Shown here: positions 9,390-20,800 of the stretch, one piece after another
Numbering within the stretch: position 1 is the first letter of the stretch
Layout of the letters: each line of letters begins with the position of its first letter
Assembly (NCBI GenBank): GCA_016861265.1
Contig: BOLA01000001.1
Coordinates: forward strand, 203,569 to 267,568
Reading direction: 5' to 3'
Length of the DNA stretch: 64,000 bases
DNA from: Patescibacteria group bacterium
GTDB lineage: Bacteria; Patescibacteriota; Dojkabacteria; J137
Notes under the pieces: generated by a model
Database searches by the model: none
Seen by the model: only the letters and a program-made list of their open reading frames with translations
What the model was told of the DNA's origin: nothing
Program-made: the position numbers and the translations under genes

Positions 9390-11084
9390 ATGAGATATTC
9401 TGCAATGTTTGGCAAAACACAGAAAGATGCACCAAGCGATGCAACACTGAGCTCGCACAAATTACTACATAAAGGAGGCTTTATTAGAGAGTCTACCGCA
9501 GGCAGATATTATATGTTGCCCTTGGGAATAAGAGTGCAGCAAAAAATAATTAATGTAATAAGAGAGGAAATGGATAAATCAGGCGCACAAGAGTTAATTA
9601 CTCCTGTTTTACATCCTTTAGAATTATGGCAAGAAACTAACAGAACAAATACAACAGGATTTGAGTTATCAGTTATTACTGATAGAAGAGGGGCTAAATT
9701 TGCGTTAGGTGGAACTGCAGAAGAGATGATGGTTGACTTAGTTAGGAAGTTTCAAATCAGCTATAAAGATCTACCATTTAACATTTATCAATTTTCTACT
9801 AAATTCAGAGACGAACTAAGAGCAAGAGGAGGACTATTAAGGGTGAGAGAATTTATAATGAAAGACGCGTATTCGTTTAGTACTGATGAAGATCAGTTCA
9901 AAGCTGAATACAAAAATATGTGGGAAACATATTTAAGGATTTATAGAAGATTAGGATTGGAACCATTGGTTGTAGAAGCTGATAATGGTTACATTGGAGG
10001 AGAGTATTGTCATGAATTTCAGGTTGAAAGTGAGATTGGAGAAGGAAAATTTTTTATAAGCGAAGACGGACAATACGTAGCTCATGAAGATGTAGCTAAA
10101 TTTATTGTAGAAGATAAAAATATTAACGAAGATCTAAAAGAGATGCAAGAGGTTGAAGCCATTCGAGGCAACACAATGGAAGATGGAGTAAAGCTACATG
10201 GCTTACCGGATTGGCAACAAATGAAAGATGTAATGTTTACCGATTCGGAAGGAAAACTTTACTTAGCTGTAATCAGAGGCGATTTAGACGTAAATAAAAC
10301 CAAGCTAGAGCACGTATTAAATAAAGTAGGACAACTAGACTCTGCAACTGAAGAACAGATTAGAGAAATAGGCAGCGAGCCTGGATTTATTTCACCAGTG
10401 GGTTTGGAAGGCAAAGTGTTCATAGTTACAGATAAATCAGTTAGAACTGTTCATAACTTTTACGGAGGCTCAAATAAAAAGCATAGAGATATTCTTAATA
10501 TTAATATAGATAGAGATTTTAAAGCTGACCTTGAAGCAGATATTGCATTAGCTCAAAATGGATTTGAATCTATTGATAGCCACGGAAAATTAATTGAGAA
10601 AAGAGGAATTGAAGTTGGAAATATTTTTCAGTTAGGTTATCACTATACTACATTAATGAACAACTCGACTTATACAGATGTAGATGGCGAACAAAAAAAA
10701 TATTATATGGGTTGTTATGGAATTGGAGTAGGTAGAACATTAGCAACAATTGTAGAAAAATACCACGATGATAAAGGTATTATCTGGCCAGAAGAAATAG
10801 CACCTTATACTGTCCATCTTATCGGCTTAAATCTTGAGGATGAAGCCATAAAGAGTAAAGCAGAAGCAATTTACCAAGTATTACAGAAAATGGGAGTAGA
10901 AGTGTTGTTTGACGATAGAACAGATACAATGGCTGGTGAAAAATTTGCAGATTCAGATTTAATAGGAATTCCCTATAGAGTTGTTGTTTCAAAAAGAACT
11001 GGTGAGGGAGTAGAGCTAAAATTAAGAAATCAAAAGGAATCTAAGAATATTTCCCTTGAGGAATTAGTGGAAACACTTAAGTAA
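9390..11084 (+). CDS. proS: prolyl-tRNA synthetase
   Basis: 564 aa; class II aaRS motifs; the N-terminal SHKLLHKGGFIRESTAGRYYMLPLGIRV region is typical of bacterial ProRS. Confidence 0.95.
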   Translation: MRYSAMFGKTQKDAPSDATLSSHKLLHKGGFIRESTAGRYYMLPLGIRVQQKIINVIREEMDKSGAQELITPVLHPLELWQETNRTNTTGFELSVITDRRGAKFALGGTAEEMMVDLVRKFQISYKDLPFNIYQFSTKFRDELRARGGLLRVREFIMKDAYSFSTDEDQFKAEYKNMWETYLRIYRRLGLEPLVVEADNGYIGGEYCHEFQVESEIGEGKFFISEDGQYVAHEDVAKFIVEDKNINEDLKEMQEVEAIRGNTMEDGVKLHGLPDWQQMKDVMFTDSEGKLYLAVIRGDLDVNKTKLEHVLNKVGQLDSATEEQIREIGSEPGFISPVGLEGKVFIVTDKSVRTVHNFYGGSNKKHRDILNINIDRDFKADLEADIALAQNGFESIDSHGKLIEKRGIEVGNIFQLGYHYTTLMNNSTYTDVDGEQKKYYMGCYGIGVGRTLATIVEKYHDDKGIIWPEEIAPYTVHLIGLNLEDEAIKSKAEAIYQVLQKMGVEVLFDDRTDTMAGEKFADSDLIGIPYRVVVSKRTGEGVELKLRNQKESKNISLEELVETLK

Positions 11085-11136
11085 TTGACCAAATTAACCT
11101 AATAAAGTTATTATCAAAGTAATTTAGTTAATACTT

Positions 11137-11616
11137 ATGTCACGCTTACCTGAACCCAAAGATAACATAGACCTATATAGATTTAGCCGGAGTAAATCGG
11201 GGAAATTAATACACACTTATATTGAAGCGGGCTTACTATCTAACGAAGATTTAAATAATCAAGATGTAATTGATTTTATAAATAATTCTGAACTTTGGAC
11301 ACTAACGGGATTATCAGTGGGCGACGAAGTCTTTATAGTTGATGATATTAATCCTAGACAAATGATTAGAGCAAAAGTTGTATACGCGGGAAGCTTTGTT
11401 ACCCTAGCATATAACGACAAGACTCTTGTTAACACCCCAGGAGTCAGCCTAAAGGCTAGACACTCATTTCCTAGAAATTTACTGCAAAGGGGTATACAAG
11501 CAGTACTACCTATGCATATAGACATTATTGATTTAGCCTCAACTCAAAAAATCTTCAGAGTTATAAATGAGGAAGTTGTCGAAAATAATGAGCCAAGATT
11601 TATATTGGAAGCTTAA
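11137..11616 (+). CDS. hypothetical protein
   Basis: 159-aa ORF; no recognisable domain. Confidence 0.45.
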   Translation: MSRLPEPKDNIDLYRFSRSKSGKLIHTYIEAGLLSNEDLNNQDVIDFINNSELWTLTGLSVGDEVFIVDDINPRQMIRAKVVYAGSFVTLAYNDKTLVNTPGVSLKARHSFPRNLLQRGIQAVLPMHIDIIDLASTQKIFRVINEEVVENNEPRFILEA

Positions 11617-13464
11617 TTACTTTCTAAAATTTACTAAAGATTTAGTATCTAATACCTCGAACTTATCCACATAGGTTCTCATCCACATTTCTGTAATAAA
11701 GACTCTCCAGAAGAATAAAACATCTCCCTTAATTTTATTTTCCAGAGCAAGTTTAAAGTTCTGTAGTACTAAGTCAGCCTTCCAAAACGGCCTGGATTTA
11801 AAAGTATCGGATTCGAATACATCTATAAACTTTTGTTGCCTTCGTTCTATCCATTCCCATTCAGGGTTTGTAAAACCAATTTTACTTCGTCTTAATCTGT
11901 TTTTCTCAGGAATTAGGCCTTTCATAGCTTCTCTATAGATATGTCTTGTCCAACCATTCTTTATCTTTTGATCAATAGGCAAATTAAAAATATATTCCAC
12001 AACCATGTGGTCGAAGAAAGGAACCCGGGACTCAAGAGAGTTCGCCATTGAATTCTTGTCTTCATACCTTAAAAGCGATGGTGTAGTCAAGGATGTAACG
12101 TCCTCAAACAATCTTTTATTTAGATTTCTAGTTGCCTGTGGTCTTATGAACTCAGTATTATTTGTATTTACAATCATCTGATTAGGATTGATTGTATTTT
12201 CTTTTTTGAGTTTTTGTATTAACTTATCCACAAAGAATTTAGTGTACAGATCTTTTCCTGCGACTGTTTCTCTGAATGCTTCCAGAACTTTTCCGTTATC
12301 GATTGCACTTTGCAAGTAGGTCATAAAGTAAGGAATATAACCGGCCAGAAGCTCATCGCCGCCTTGACCAGTTAGTAGTACAGTTACATGTTTTCTAGCT
12401 TCCCTCATTACCGTGTAGTAAGCATATGGTGCAGTACTAATTACAGGTTCTTCTTGAAAATATACCCAATTATCCATTTCATTCCAGAAGTTACCCACAT
12501 TTGGAGTCATTTTAATTGATTCAACTCCAGTAGCTTCCACAATATTGTCTATGTATTCTTCCTCGTTTATTGTTTCTCCCGGATGAACTGCGGAAAATGA
12601 GTAAAGTTTTGTATCAGGATGATTCTCTTTATATAATTTTGCTGCAATTGAAGTAATTCCACTTGAATCAAGTCCACCCGATAATGTTACTCCAACAGGT
12701 ACATCTGCTATTAAATGTAACTTTATTGCCTCAATAAAAATATCTCTAAACTCTTTCGAATATTCCGCATCTGATTTTTCTGAAGCAAACTTTGTTGAGT
12801 AAGTCGGATTCCAATACTTCTCTATTTGAAACTCTCCTGTATTATTAATTACCATATAGTGACCTGGCAGTAGTCTCTTTATATTCTTAAAAAATGTATC
12901 TTGATTTGTATCGTGAATTCTAGCAGTTAAAAATTTATACAGTGAATCCTGGTCAACTTCTCGATTAATATTAAATCCAGAGAGTAAACCCTTAATTTCT
13001 GATCCGAATACTACTCTACCGTCCACCTGAGTATAATATAGTGGTTTAATACCGAGTCTATCTCTTGCGATAAAGAGTTCATCCTTTTTCTTATTGTATA
13101 AAACAATCACAAACATTCCTCTTAAATGGTTTACTACTTTTTCACCCCATTCTTCGTACCCATGCGCAATAACTTCAGTATCAGATTCACTACTAAAGTT
13201 ATGGCCTAACTCTTCAAGCTCTTCTCGCAGTGCTTGATAATTATAAATCTCTCCATTATTCATTACCTGAATTGTTTTATCTTCGTTTGTTAGTGGATAT
13301 AGACCCATTGTAAGGTCAATAATTGCAAGTCTTCTATAACCCACCGAAAAATTATCATTCACTACTCTTCCACCGTCATCGGGACCTCGGTGAAATATAG
13401 ATTCAGTCATTTTATCTAGAGTTTGATTATCTGGTTTGCCCGAAAAGCCAACAATTCCGCACAT
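11617..13464 (-). CDS. asnB: asparagine synthetase (glutamine-hydrolysing)
   Basis: MCGIVGF Ntn-amidotransferase start and the SGGLDSS PP-loop. Confidence 0.9.
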   Translation of the reverse strand: MCGIVGFSGKPDNQTLDKMTESIFHRGPDDGGRVVNDNFSVGYRRLAIIDLTMGLYPLTNEDKTIQVMNNGEIYNYQALREELEELGHNFSSESDTEVIAHGYEEWGEKVVNHLRGMFVIVLYNKKKDELFIARDRLGIKPLYYTQVDGRVVFGSEIKGLLSGFNINREVDQDSLYKFLTARIHDTNQDTFFKNIKRLLPGHYMVINNTGEFQIEKYWNPTYSTKFASEKSDAEYSKEFRDIFIEAIKLHLIADVPVGVTLSGGLDSSGITSIAAKLYKENHPDTKLYSFSAVHPGETINEEEYIDNIVEATGVESIKMTPNVGNFWNEMDNWVYFQEEPVISTAPYAYYTVMREARKHVTVLLTGQGGDELLAGYIPYFMTYLQSAIDNGKVLEAFRETVAGKDLYTKFFVDKLIQKLKKENTINPNQMIVNTNNTEFIRPQATRNLNKRLFEDVTSLTTPSLLRYEDKNSMANSLESRVPFFDHMVVEYIFNLPIDQKIKNGWTRHIYREAMKGLIPEKNRLRRSKIGFTNPEWEWIERRQQKFIDVFESDTFKSRPFWKADLVLQNFKLALENKIKGDVLFFWRVFITEMWMRTYVDKFEVLDTKSLVNFRK

Positions 13465-13706
13465 AAAAGAAAGTTAATATTAATATTCCATAATACAATA
13501 TAGTTACTCAACGTGTACACCCTGCGCAATTTCATTCTTACCGGTTCTAAACTTCCAGATGTAGATAACAATTAAGAACCCTACAATAGGAATAATAATA
13601 ACAAGCGGATTAATATTTGAGTTCTGATCCTGTTGTTCTCACTACCCTCTGCGAATCCATTTTGATGAAAATACTTGGCTACAGCTTTATTCGTGATTTA
13701 TAGTAT

Positions 13707-13714
13707 TGTATAAT
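13707..13714 (+). promoter_or_regulatory. extended -10 element (TGTATAAT), candidate thrS promoter
   Basis: TGnTATAAT match about 120 nt upstream of the thrS ATG. Confidence 0.35.
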
Positions 13715-13837
13715 CGAACAAATGAAGAAATTAAGAATTGCCTTCACAACTACTACAACTACAACCCCATAAGGGGGTAAAATATCTACGTATAAAAATT
13801 CTATACACACTCATTTTAATTAACTATTAACCAATAT

Positions 13838-15592
13838 ATGGATAAAGACAATTTATATAAAATAAGGCATTCGGCAGAACACGTATTCGCACAGGCCGTA
13901 AAGGAATTGTATGGAGAGGACGTTCAACTAGCAGTTGCCCATATTTCCGATACAGGTTTTTCTAACGATGCAAAGTGGTCAGTAAAATTATCAGAGGACG
14001 ATTTTCCAAAGATTGAAAAAAAGATGCAAGAAATAATTGATGCTAACCTGCCAATTGTTCAAAAGGAAGTTACACGAGAGGAAGCTAAAGAAATGTTTAA
14101 AAATAATCCTTTCAAGCTAGAATGGATTGAGCAATGGGACGCGGCAGAAAAGACATTAACCGTTTACTGGACCGGAGATAAATATGTAGACTTCTGCAAA
14201 GGTCCACACGTAAATTCAACAGGTGAAATCAAAGCCTTTAAACTTTTAAGCGTTGCTGGAGCATACTGGAGAGGTGATGCAAACAATGAAATGTTAACAA
14301 GAGTTTATGGAACTGCTTTTGGCTCTAAAGCTGAACTAGATGAATACCTAAATTTATTAGAAGAAGCTAAAAATAGAGATCATAGAAAATTAGGAAAAGA
14401 ATTAGGTTTGTTTACATTCTCAGATCTTGTTGGTTCAGGATTACCAATGTTTACACCTAAGGGAACTTTTTTATGGCAAGAACTAGCTAGCTATTCTGAG
14501 TCTTTACAGAAGGCGGCTGGTTTTGAACAGGTAAAAATTCCTCATATAACAAAAACTGATTTATATAAAACTTCAGGACATTGGGATAAATTTGGTGATG
14601 AATTATTTTTAGTAAAAAGCCAGGAAACTGATGACCAGATGGTTTTAAAACCAATGAATTGTCCGCACCACACTCAAATTTATGCAAGTGCAAAAAGAAG
14701 CTATAGAGATTTACCTATTAGATATTACGAAACTACAACCAACTATAGAGACGAAAAAGCAGGTGAATTATCTGGATTATCAAGAGTTAGATCTTTAACT
14801 CAAGACGATGCTCACGTATTTTGTAGAATAGATCAAATTGAAGGTGAATTTACAATTATAATGGGAATGATTAAAAAGATGTATGCATCCTTAGGGCTAG
14901 AATTTAGGGCTAGACTTTCTTTTAGAGATCCTGAAACACCGGAAAAATATTTAGGCGATGAAGAGACTTGGGCAGAAGCACAAAGAACAATCGAAGATAT
15001 TGCTAAAAAATTAGAAGTTGACTACTTTGTAGCAATTGGCGAAGCAGCTATTTATGGGCCTAAAATCGATATTATGGTTAAAGATTCACTAGGGAGAGAA
15101 TGGCAATGTGCTACTGAACAATTGGACTTTATTCAGCCAACAAGATTCGGTCTTAAGTATACCGACTCAGATGGACAGGAAAAGACACCTGTAATGATTC
15201 ATAAAGCATTATTGGGTTCAGTTGAAAGATTCTTATCTGTTTACATTGAGCATACAGCTGGTAACTTTCCTGTATGGTTAAGTTATACACAAGTTGCAGT
15301 ATTACCTATTTCAGCAGAAAAACATGCTGATTATGCATACAAAATTAAAGATACGTTAAGAGCTGCAGGAATTAGAGCCGATGTTGACGATGCCAGCGAA
15401 ACATTAGGCAATAAAATTAGAAAGGCACAATCACAAAAAACACCTTATGTATTTGTTGTGGGAGATAAAGAAGTCGAGAACAATACAGTAAGCGTTAGAG
15501 CCAGAGGAGGAAAAGATTTAGGTGCAATGAGTGTAAATGATATTTCGGAAAGAATAAAACAAAAAATAGAAGACAAGTCCATGGACCTATAA
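13838..15592 (+). CDS. thrS: threonyl-tRNA synthetase (lacks the N-terminal TGS domain)
   Basis: HRKLGKELGLF, the class II core, and editing-domain RHSAEHVFAQAV near the N-terminus. Confidence 0.95.
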   Translation: MDKDNLYKIRHSAEHVFAQAVKELYGEDVQLAVAHISDTGFSNDAKWSVKLSEDDFPKIEKKMQEIIDANLPIVQKEVTREEAKEMFKNNPFKLEWIEQWDAAEKTLTVYWTGDKYVDFCKGPHVNSTGEIKAFKLLSVAGAYWRGDANNEMLTRVYGTAFGSKAELDEYLNLLEEAKNRDHRKLGKELGLFTFSDLVGSGLPMFTPKGTFLWQELASYSESLQKAAGFEQVKIPHITKTDLYKTSGHWDKFGDELFLVKSQETDDQMVLKPMNCPHHTQIYASAKRSYRDLPIRYYETTTNYRDEKAGELSGLSRVRSLTQDDAHVFCRIDQIEGEFTIIMGMIKKMYASLGLEFRARLSFRDPETPEKYLGDEETWAEAQRTIEDIAKKLEVDYFVAIGEAAIYGPKIDIMVKDSLGREWQCATEQLDFIQPTRFGLKYTDSDGQEKTPVMIHKALLGSVERFLSVYIEHTAGNFPVWLSYTQVAVLPISAEKHADYAYKIKDTLRAAGIRADVDDASETLGNKIRKAQSQKTPYVFVVGDKEVENNTVSVRARGGKDLGAMSVNDISERIKQKIEDKSMDL

Positions 15593-15598
15593 TCAAAA

Positions 15599-15622
15599 GG
15601 GCAGCCTAGGCTGCCCTTTTTT
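15599..15622 (+). terminator. rho-independent terminator after thrS (also serves the convergent gene)
   Basis: GGGCAGCCTAGGCTGCCC hairpin followed by TTTTTT. Confidence 0.8.
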
Positions 15623-15631
15623 ATAACTATA

Positions 15632-16255
15632 TTAAGCTTCTTTGGGTATAAGATTATTTAATCTGTACTCCATAAAGTTTCCGGCGTTAACTCTATCTAG
15701 AGTTTCTAAGAAAGCGACCTTTAAGGAATGGTAGTTAAAGTTATGACTTGAAAGATAACTTTCAATATTTAATATCCTACCTTCGGCAACTCCAGCTTTC
15801 AGGCCATTCTGACTCATAGCCTTTTTTGTCTGTGCAATATAGGCTTTCCTAAGCTTTATTATATCTGCCAATAAGTCTTCAATATCGGAACCGGAATATT
15901 GAGACATTAGATAATACCCGCCTCTATTATCTATTATTAATAGTCCTAATCTTCTTAGATAATCAAAAATATCTACATCCAAAGTTGCAATCATGTCAGC
16001 CGCTGACTGAACATCAGGGTTTGTTGTACCAGATGGAGTACCCAAAGCTCTATATTTAGCATTGGCAGCATAATCCATTTCTACTACCTCTGAATCCTTT
16101 ACAAATGTGTCAGCCATAAATATAGCCGAAGATGTTTCATTATCTATTTCGGGAAAGTCAGTGATAGAAAAACGTACAATAGGAGATTGCTCTTGAAAAC
16201 GAAGAATATTAGGTCTTCTTCCGCCACCCAGCTGATTCGGTTGTTCGAATGCCAT
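15632..16255 (-). CDS. hypothetical protein
   Basis: 207-aa ORF. Confidence 0.5.
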   Translation of the reverse strand: MAFEQPNQLGGGRRPNILRFQEQSPIVRFSITDFPEIDNETSSAIFMADTFVKDSEVVEMDYAANAKYRALGTPSGTTNPDVQSAADMIATLDVDIFDYLRRLGLLIIDNRGGYYLMSQYSGSDIEDLLADIIKLRKAYIAQTKKAMSQNGLKAGVAEGRILNIESYLSSHNFNYHSLKVAFLETLDRVNAGNFMEYRLNNLIPKEA

Positions 16256-16288
16256 AATTGTATTAATAACAAAGTTGTTTGGACTATT

Positions 16289-16297
16289 TTGGTATAA
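16289..16297 (+). promoter_or_regulatory. extended -10 (TGGTATAAT) candidate promoter for the dus gene
   Basis: perfect TGnTATAAT about 65 nt upstream of the ATG. Confidence 0.4.
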
Positions 16298-16360
16298 TCA
16301 ACACAGACAATTTTGTTATCAAAATGTACTCAATTATTCAAACAATAACAAATTTAAACA

Positions 16361-17404
16361 ATGATGTCAAACAAGAAAATACTAAATCTGGAATATCCCG
16401 TGTTGGGTCTATCTCCTATGGACGGAGTTACAGACTCTGCATACAGGTACATAACAAAGAAATATGGTAATCCTGACTTGATTTTTACAGAGTTTACAAA
16501 TGTAATTGGGTTGTCAGTTGCGGGACATCATGTGTTAAAGGATTTTCATTACGATAAATCTCAAAAACCTATTGTTGCTCAAATATATGGTAAGGACCCT
16601 GAATATTTCTATCATGCGGCTAAAATTGCTTGCGAGCTAAATTTTGACGCCGTAGATATAAACATGGGTTGCCCCGCTAAGAATGTAGCTTCAAGTGGAA
16701 GCGGTGCTGCATTAATAAAAACGCCTGAACTAGCAAAGGAAATAATTGCAGCCACAAAGGAAGGAGTAAGGCATTGGGTAGAAGACGGAAAATTAACAGG
16801 ACTACCTACTAAAACAAAAAACGCAATTAAGGCCTTGGAAAACGAGATTGGAATTGAACCCCACGAAAGACAAATGATTCCAGTTTCAGTTAAAACAAGG
16901 ATTGGGTTTTCGGAACCAATTACAGAACAATGGATTAGTACTGTTGCATCAATGAATCCGGCATGGATTAGTGTTCACGGAAGAACATTAAAACAAATGT
17001 ATTTGGGAGAAGCTAACTGGCTTGAGATAAAAAAGGCGGTCGAGATAACAGATATACCGGTACTAGCGAATGGGGATATAAAAACATACGATGATTACAA
17101 ACGAATTTTAGAAGTAACCGGAGCATTTGGTGCACTAATTGGAAGAGGATCCTATGGCAATCCCTGGATTTTTAAAGGAAGAAAATTTGAGGATGTTTCA
17201 TTAGAAGAGAAGATTAAAGTTCTAATCGAACATACAAGAAAATTCGTTGAATTGAATCCTGACCCAAAAGCATTTGTACAAATGAGAAAACATTTTGGGT
17301 GGTATATAAAAGGATTTGACGGAGCTAAAGAAACGAGAGAGGAACTAATGAGAGCTAATTCCACTGAAGAAGTTGAGCTTATACTTGGTGAATTTCTACA
17401 TTAA
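16361..17404 (+). CDS. dusB: tRNA-dihydrouridine synthase
   Basis: PMDGVTD and AQIYG...DINMGCPAKNV motifs of the Dus family. Confidence 0.9.
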   Translation: MMSNKKILNLEYPVLGLSPMDGVTDSAYRYITKKYGNPDLIFTEFTNVIGLSVAGHHVLKDFHYDKSQKPIVAQIYGKDPEYFYHAAKIACELNFDAVDINMGCPAKNVASSGSGAALIKTPELAKEIIAATKEGVRHWVEDGKLTGLPTKTKNAIKALENEIGIEPHERQMIPVSVKTRIGFSEPITEQWISTVASMNPAWISVHGRTLKQMYLGEANWLEIKKAVEITDIPVLANGDIKTYDDYKRILEVTGAFGALIGRGSYGNPWIFKGRKFEDVSLEEKIKVLIEHTRKFVELNPDPKAFVQMRKHFGWYIKGFDGAKETREELMRANSTEEVELILGEFLH

Positions 17405-17864
17405 TTTTCTTAAATGCTTCTGAGACCTTATCCCAGGACTTCTCTTCTATAAATTCTCTTATAGTTTTACAAAGTGAACTCTTTAATTCTCTTTCTGTTG
17501 GATTCTCAATTTTTTGAGCAGTATCCTCTAGTAGATTAAGCTGATCCATAATAAATTCGGTCTCAACATTTTCAAGCACCGGATTAAAGATTTTTTCGAA
17601 TGGAAGTTTAAATTCACTAAGCTTAGCTTTTAGTTTTTCCATAAAGCTAGGTAAGTCCTTCGAGGAATCAGCAACTGCATCTTCCAGTTCGCTGTACTGT
17701 GCCTCGCTTAGACTATTTTTTAAATCTCCGTCGAGCATGTCTAATACTGCAGATCTATATATCATACTTTCAATTTGAACTTCATCTTCCTCTGCTAAAT
17801 CAAGACCAACAATTTCAAATAAATCGTAGTCTAAAAGCGTCTTTTGTTGTTCTGAATTTTCCAT
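17379..17864 (-). CDS. hypothetical acidic protein (co-transcribed with the giant ORF)
   Basis: 161 aa; start abuts the stop of the 1312-aa ORF. Confidence 0.5.
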   Translation of the reverse strand: MENSEQQKTLLDYDLFEIVGLDLAEEDEVQIESMIYRSAVLDMLDGDLKNSLSEAQYSELEDAVADSSKDLPSFMEKLKAKLSEFKLPFEKIFNPVLENVETEFIMDQLNLLEDTAQKIENPTERELKSSLCKTIREFIEEKSWDKVSEAFKKINVEIHQV

Positions 17865-17865
17865 A

Positions 17866-20800
17866 TTATGCAGCTAATTTATTAATTTCTTCTTGTAAAG
17901 TAATTGGCAATACTCTTCTTCTTGGTGAAAGACCTCTTACATTCTCCTGATTAAATTTGTGCATGCTTACAATCTCAGCTCTCTTTTCCTTAGGCAATGC
18001 CGAACCTAATTTTGTAATAAAGAAGGTCAATTGCTTTGATATTGATGGGTTTACATACAAGTTAACGTACATTAGAACTCTTGACAAGGCCAATACTAAT
18101 CTATCTTGATCTTCTTCACTACCATTTTTTATTAACTTCTCTATTATTTCAAAGTTAGAGAATAAAATTTCGATTACAGGCTTTATTGCCTCACGAATCT
18201 GCGATGATTTTAATAAATTTACCGAAATTGATGTGGCTACTTTTTGATCTTTATTGCTTACAGCAAAAGGAGATTTCAATTTCTCGAATGCACCAAGCAC
18301 TATTAGACCTGCTGCTTCAATAGACTTTTTCTCACACAAGTCTCGAATTGCTTTAATATCTTTATTGAAAGCATCAAACTTTGCATTACCAGTTAATTGA
18401 GAATAAGATGTAACTCTACTATCTATTTCTTCTAGTATTTCTATATATGTTCTTGATGGTCTAAAGTAAGGCGGTTCAGTTTCAAGTAACTTTTGCATAA
18501 AATCCAAAACCTTCTTAAGATCGATCTCGTCATATCCTCTTTCAACTCCATGAACCAATAAATCAATAAATCTTGGAATCATATCTAGTACTTCAGTCTG
18601 CACCCTAAAGGTTAGTGGAGGATTCATGTTGAATGCATCAATAAATACAATCGAAGCATCAATTGATTTCTTTAGTTTGGTATCTAATTCTGCAACTCTA
18701 TCATTTGTTAGCAATGCTCCTGTTGGATCCACCTCACCGGCTTCGTCTTTAATATCTTCGTAGGCTTGATGGGCAGCGTTTTCTATCTTAACTTGCTGTT
18801 CGACAGTTGCTTTTTCCGCTACAACTGTGTCCACTACATCATAAAAGCCCTTAGCATTAACTCTATTTCGAGTAGCAAGATAGGCCATTATGTAATTTAA
18901 ATTATTAGCGTAATCGTTAGTATTGTTTCGAGTAACAGTATCTCTTAACCCTTCAAACATTTTTCTTGCTCTACCCTTTTTTTCGTTAACTCCCGCAAAT
19001 CTAATTAACTGATCTCTTTGTTCTGCTGGCAGTTGTTGAAATGTTGCACCAATAAAGTTTAATACATCGGCGTTCGCGAATGAATAGTCCACTGAGTCAT
19101 CGGTTTCGGTAGCAAGATCAATTAAGATCTCGTAGCCTGCAGGATCCTGCTTAGACCATAATGTAAGTACTTGAGTACATAGTTTAAATTTAACTCTATT
19201 ACTTACACTATTCCAAATACTCTTATTATCAATTATGAACAAAATAAAATCCTTCTCAGCATCTGATATTTGTAGAAATTTATCAGGATACATAGAATAC
19301 TGGTCAATTGCATACTCAACAATATTTTCAAACTCAGGTTGGGAAGAATAAATATCGAATAAAGGTCTGTTCGTAGAATATAGAGTTACTATCTCTGTTA
19401 AGCACTCCCCTCTTGGGGTAGAAAGTGCCTTGAACTTCTTAGCTAATCTAGATTCATACCATCTCTGCTCTCTTGCTTTTAGTGCGTCTAATCTGACTTC
19501 TATTCCATCTTCAGTCAGTATTTCTTTTTTACTTGCACCATAATTTTCTGATATATCCTCTAATTGATCTAATCTATCCTTCCACATTTCAAGCTTAATA
19601 ACACGAACATGTGGGGGCATAAGTGTTACCAGTTCTACAGAATCTAAAGACAATCTTAGGAAGTCATAGATACTTCTTTCTGTTCCTCTACTAACATCTA
19701 ATTCATCAACGAACTGATATAGTTCTTCAATTAGGTTAGCAACTGTGGCGTATGCTTCTGGATCAGTTTCTACTGCTTTTATAAGGAGTTTTACCGCTAT
19801 AGGATCTTTAATAATATCAGCTAATTTACGTACTCCCTTTTCAATACTTCTTTTGTCCTCACTTTCAACACTTTCTCGAGCTTTTTCTCTCCTTTTTTGA
19901 GCCTTAGTTGGTTCGGAATCAAAAGCAAATAATATTCTATAGTAGATATTCTTCTTTAGATTATTTACCTTTTGCTTCATTCTCTCCGCCTTACCCTCAG
20001 GTCGTAATCTATCAAGCACCAATTCCTTAATTTCTTCTAATTCACTTTCTATTTCCTGAGTTCCAAGTTTCTTTACCAAGTCAATTTGATAAGCTTTTTC
20101 TCTGTAGTATTCAAGCATGGCCGTTTCTCTGAGCAATAGAGTGATGACTAGAGTATCGTTGGCAGAATGGTTCTCAAAGAATTTATCAATAATTGCTTTT
20201 TTTTGTTCCTCAGAAAGTTTAAGTGCCTCTACTAATTCCGCTACTAATTCAATTTTGGCATCCTTATCTTTTTGAAATTCGTAACCATCAGCAGTAAGGT
20301 CTTCTAGATTAACACCTTTTACTTCACCACTATATAGATAGTGCATTAAATTGAATAGGTAGCTATCTTTTGGATCTGTTAAGTATCTTTCAATAAATAG
20401 TTTATAAACTGCAACTCTATCGTCTTTATCAAAGATTGATAGTGGAGCAAATGCTCCAACAGGAACGACCAATCGTACTATTCTCCTTATAGCCTTCTGT
20501 GTATCCTCATTTTGTGAAGTGGCTAATGTTGATTGCAAACCTGCAATTATTCTAGATGTAATACTTTTTAATAATACGTCGGTTAAAACCTCACTGATTA
20601 CAACATTATCTGTTTGTTTTAATCTATCTATGTAGTTTAATATATTAACTTGAATATCAACCCATTCTGTTTGAACAAAGTCAATTCGCAGACTAACTTG
20701 TCCCATGTACTCAACCAATGCGCTTATGTCTTCCTGGTTACCCGAATCTAGCACTCCTTCAATGTAAGGCTCTATGTATACAAAGATTTTTATAAGCTGA

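Noticed and set aside
16279-16470. 63-aa ORF overlapping the start of the dus gene
   Set aside because: It is in a different frame from the well-supported Dus N-terminus and covers the predicted promoter and leader.
17379-17404. 26-bp convergent overlap between the 3' ends of the dus gene and the 161-aa ORF
   Set aside because: Short convergent overlaps are common in compact genomes, and there is no evidence of a regulatory role.
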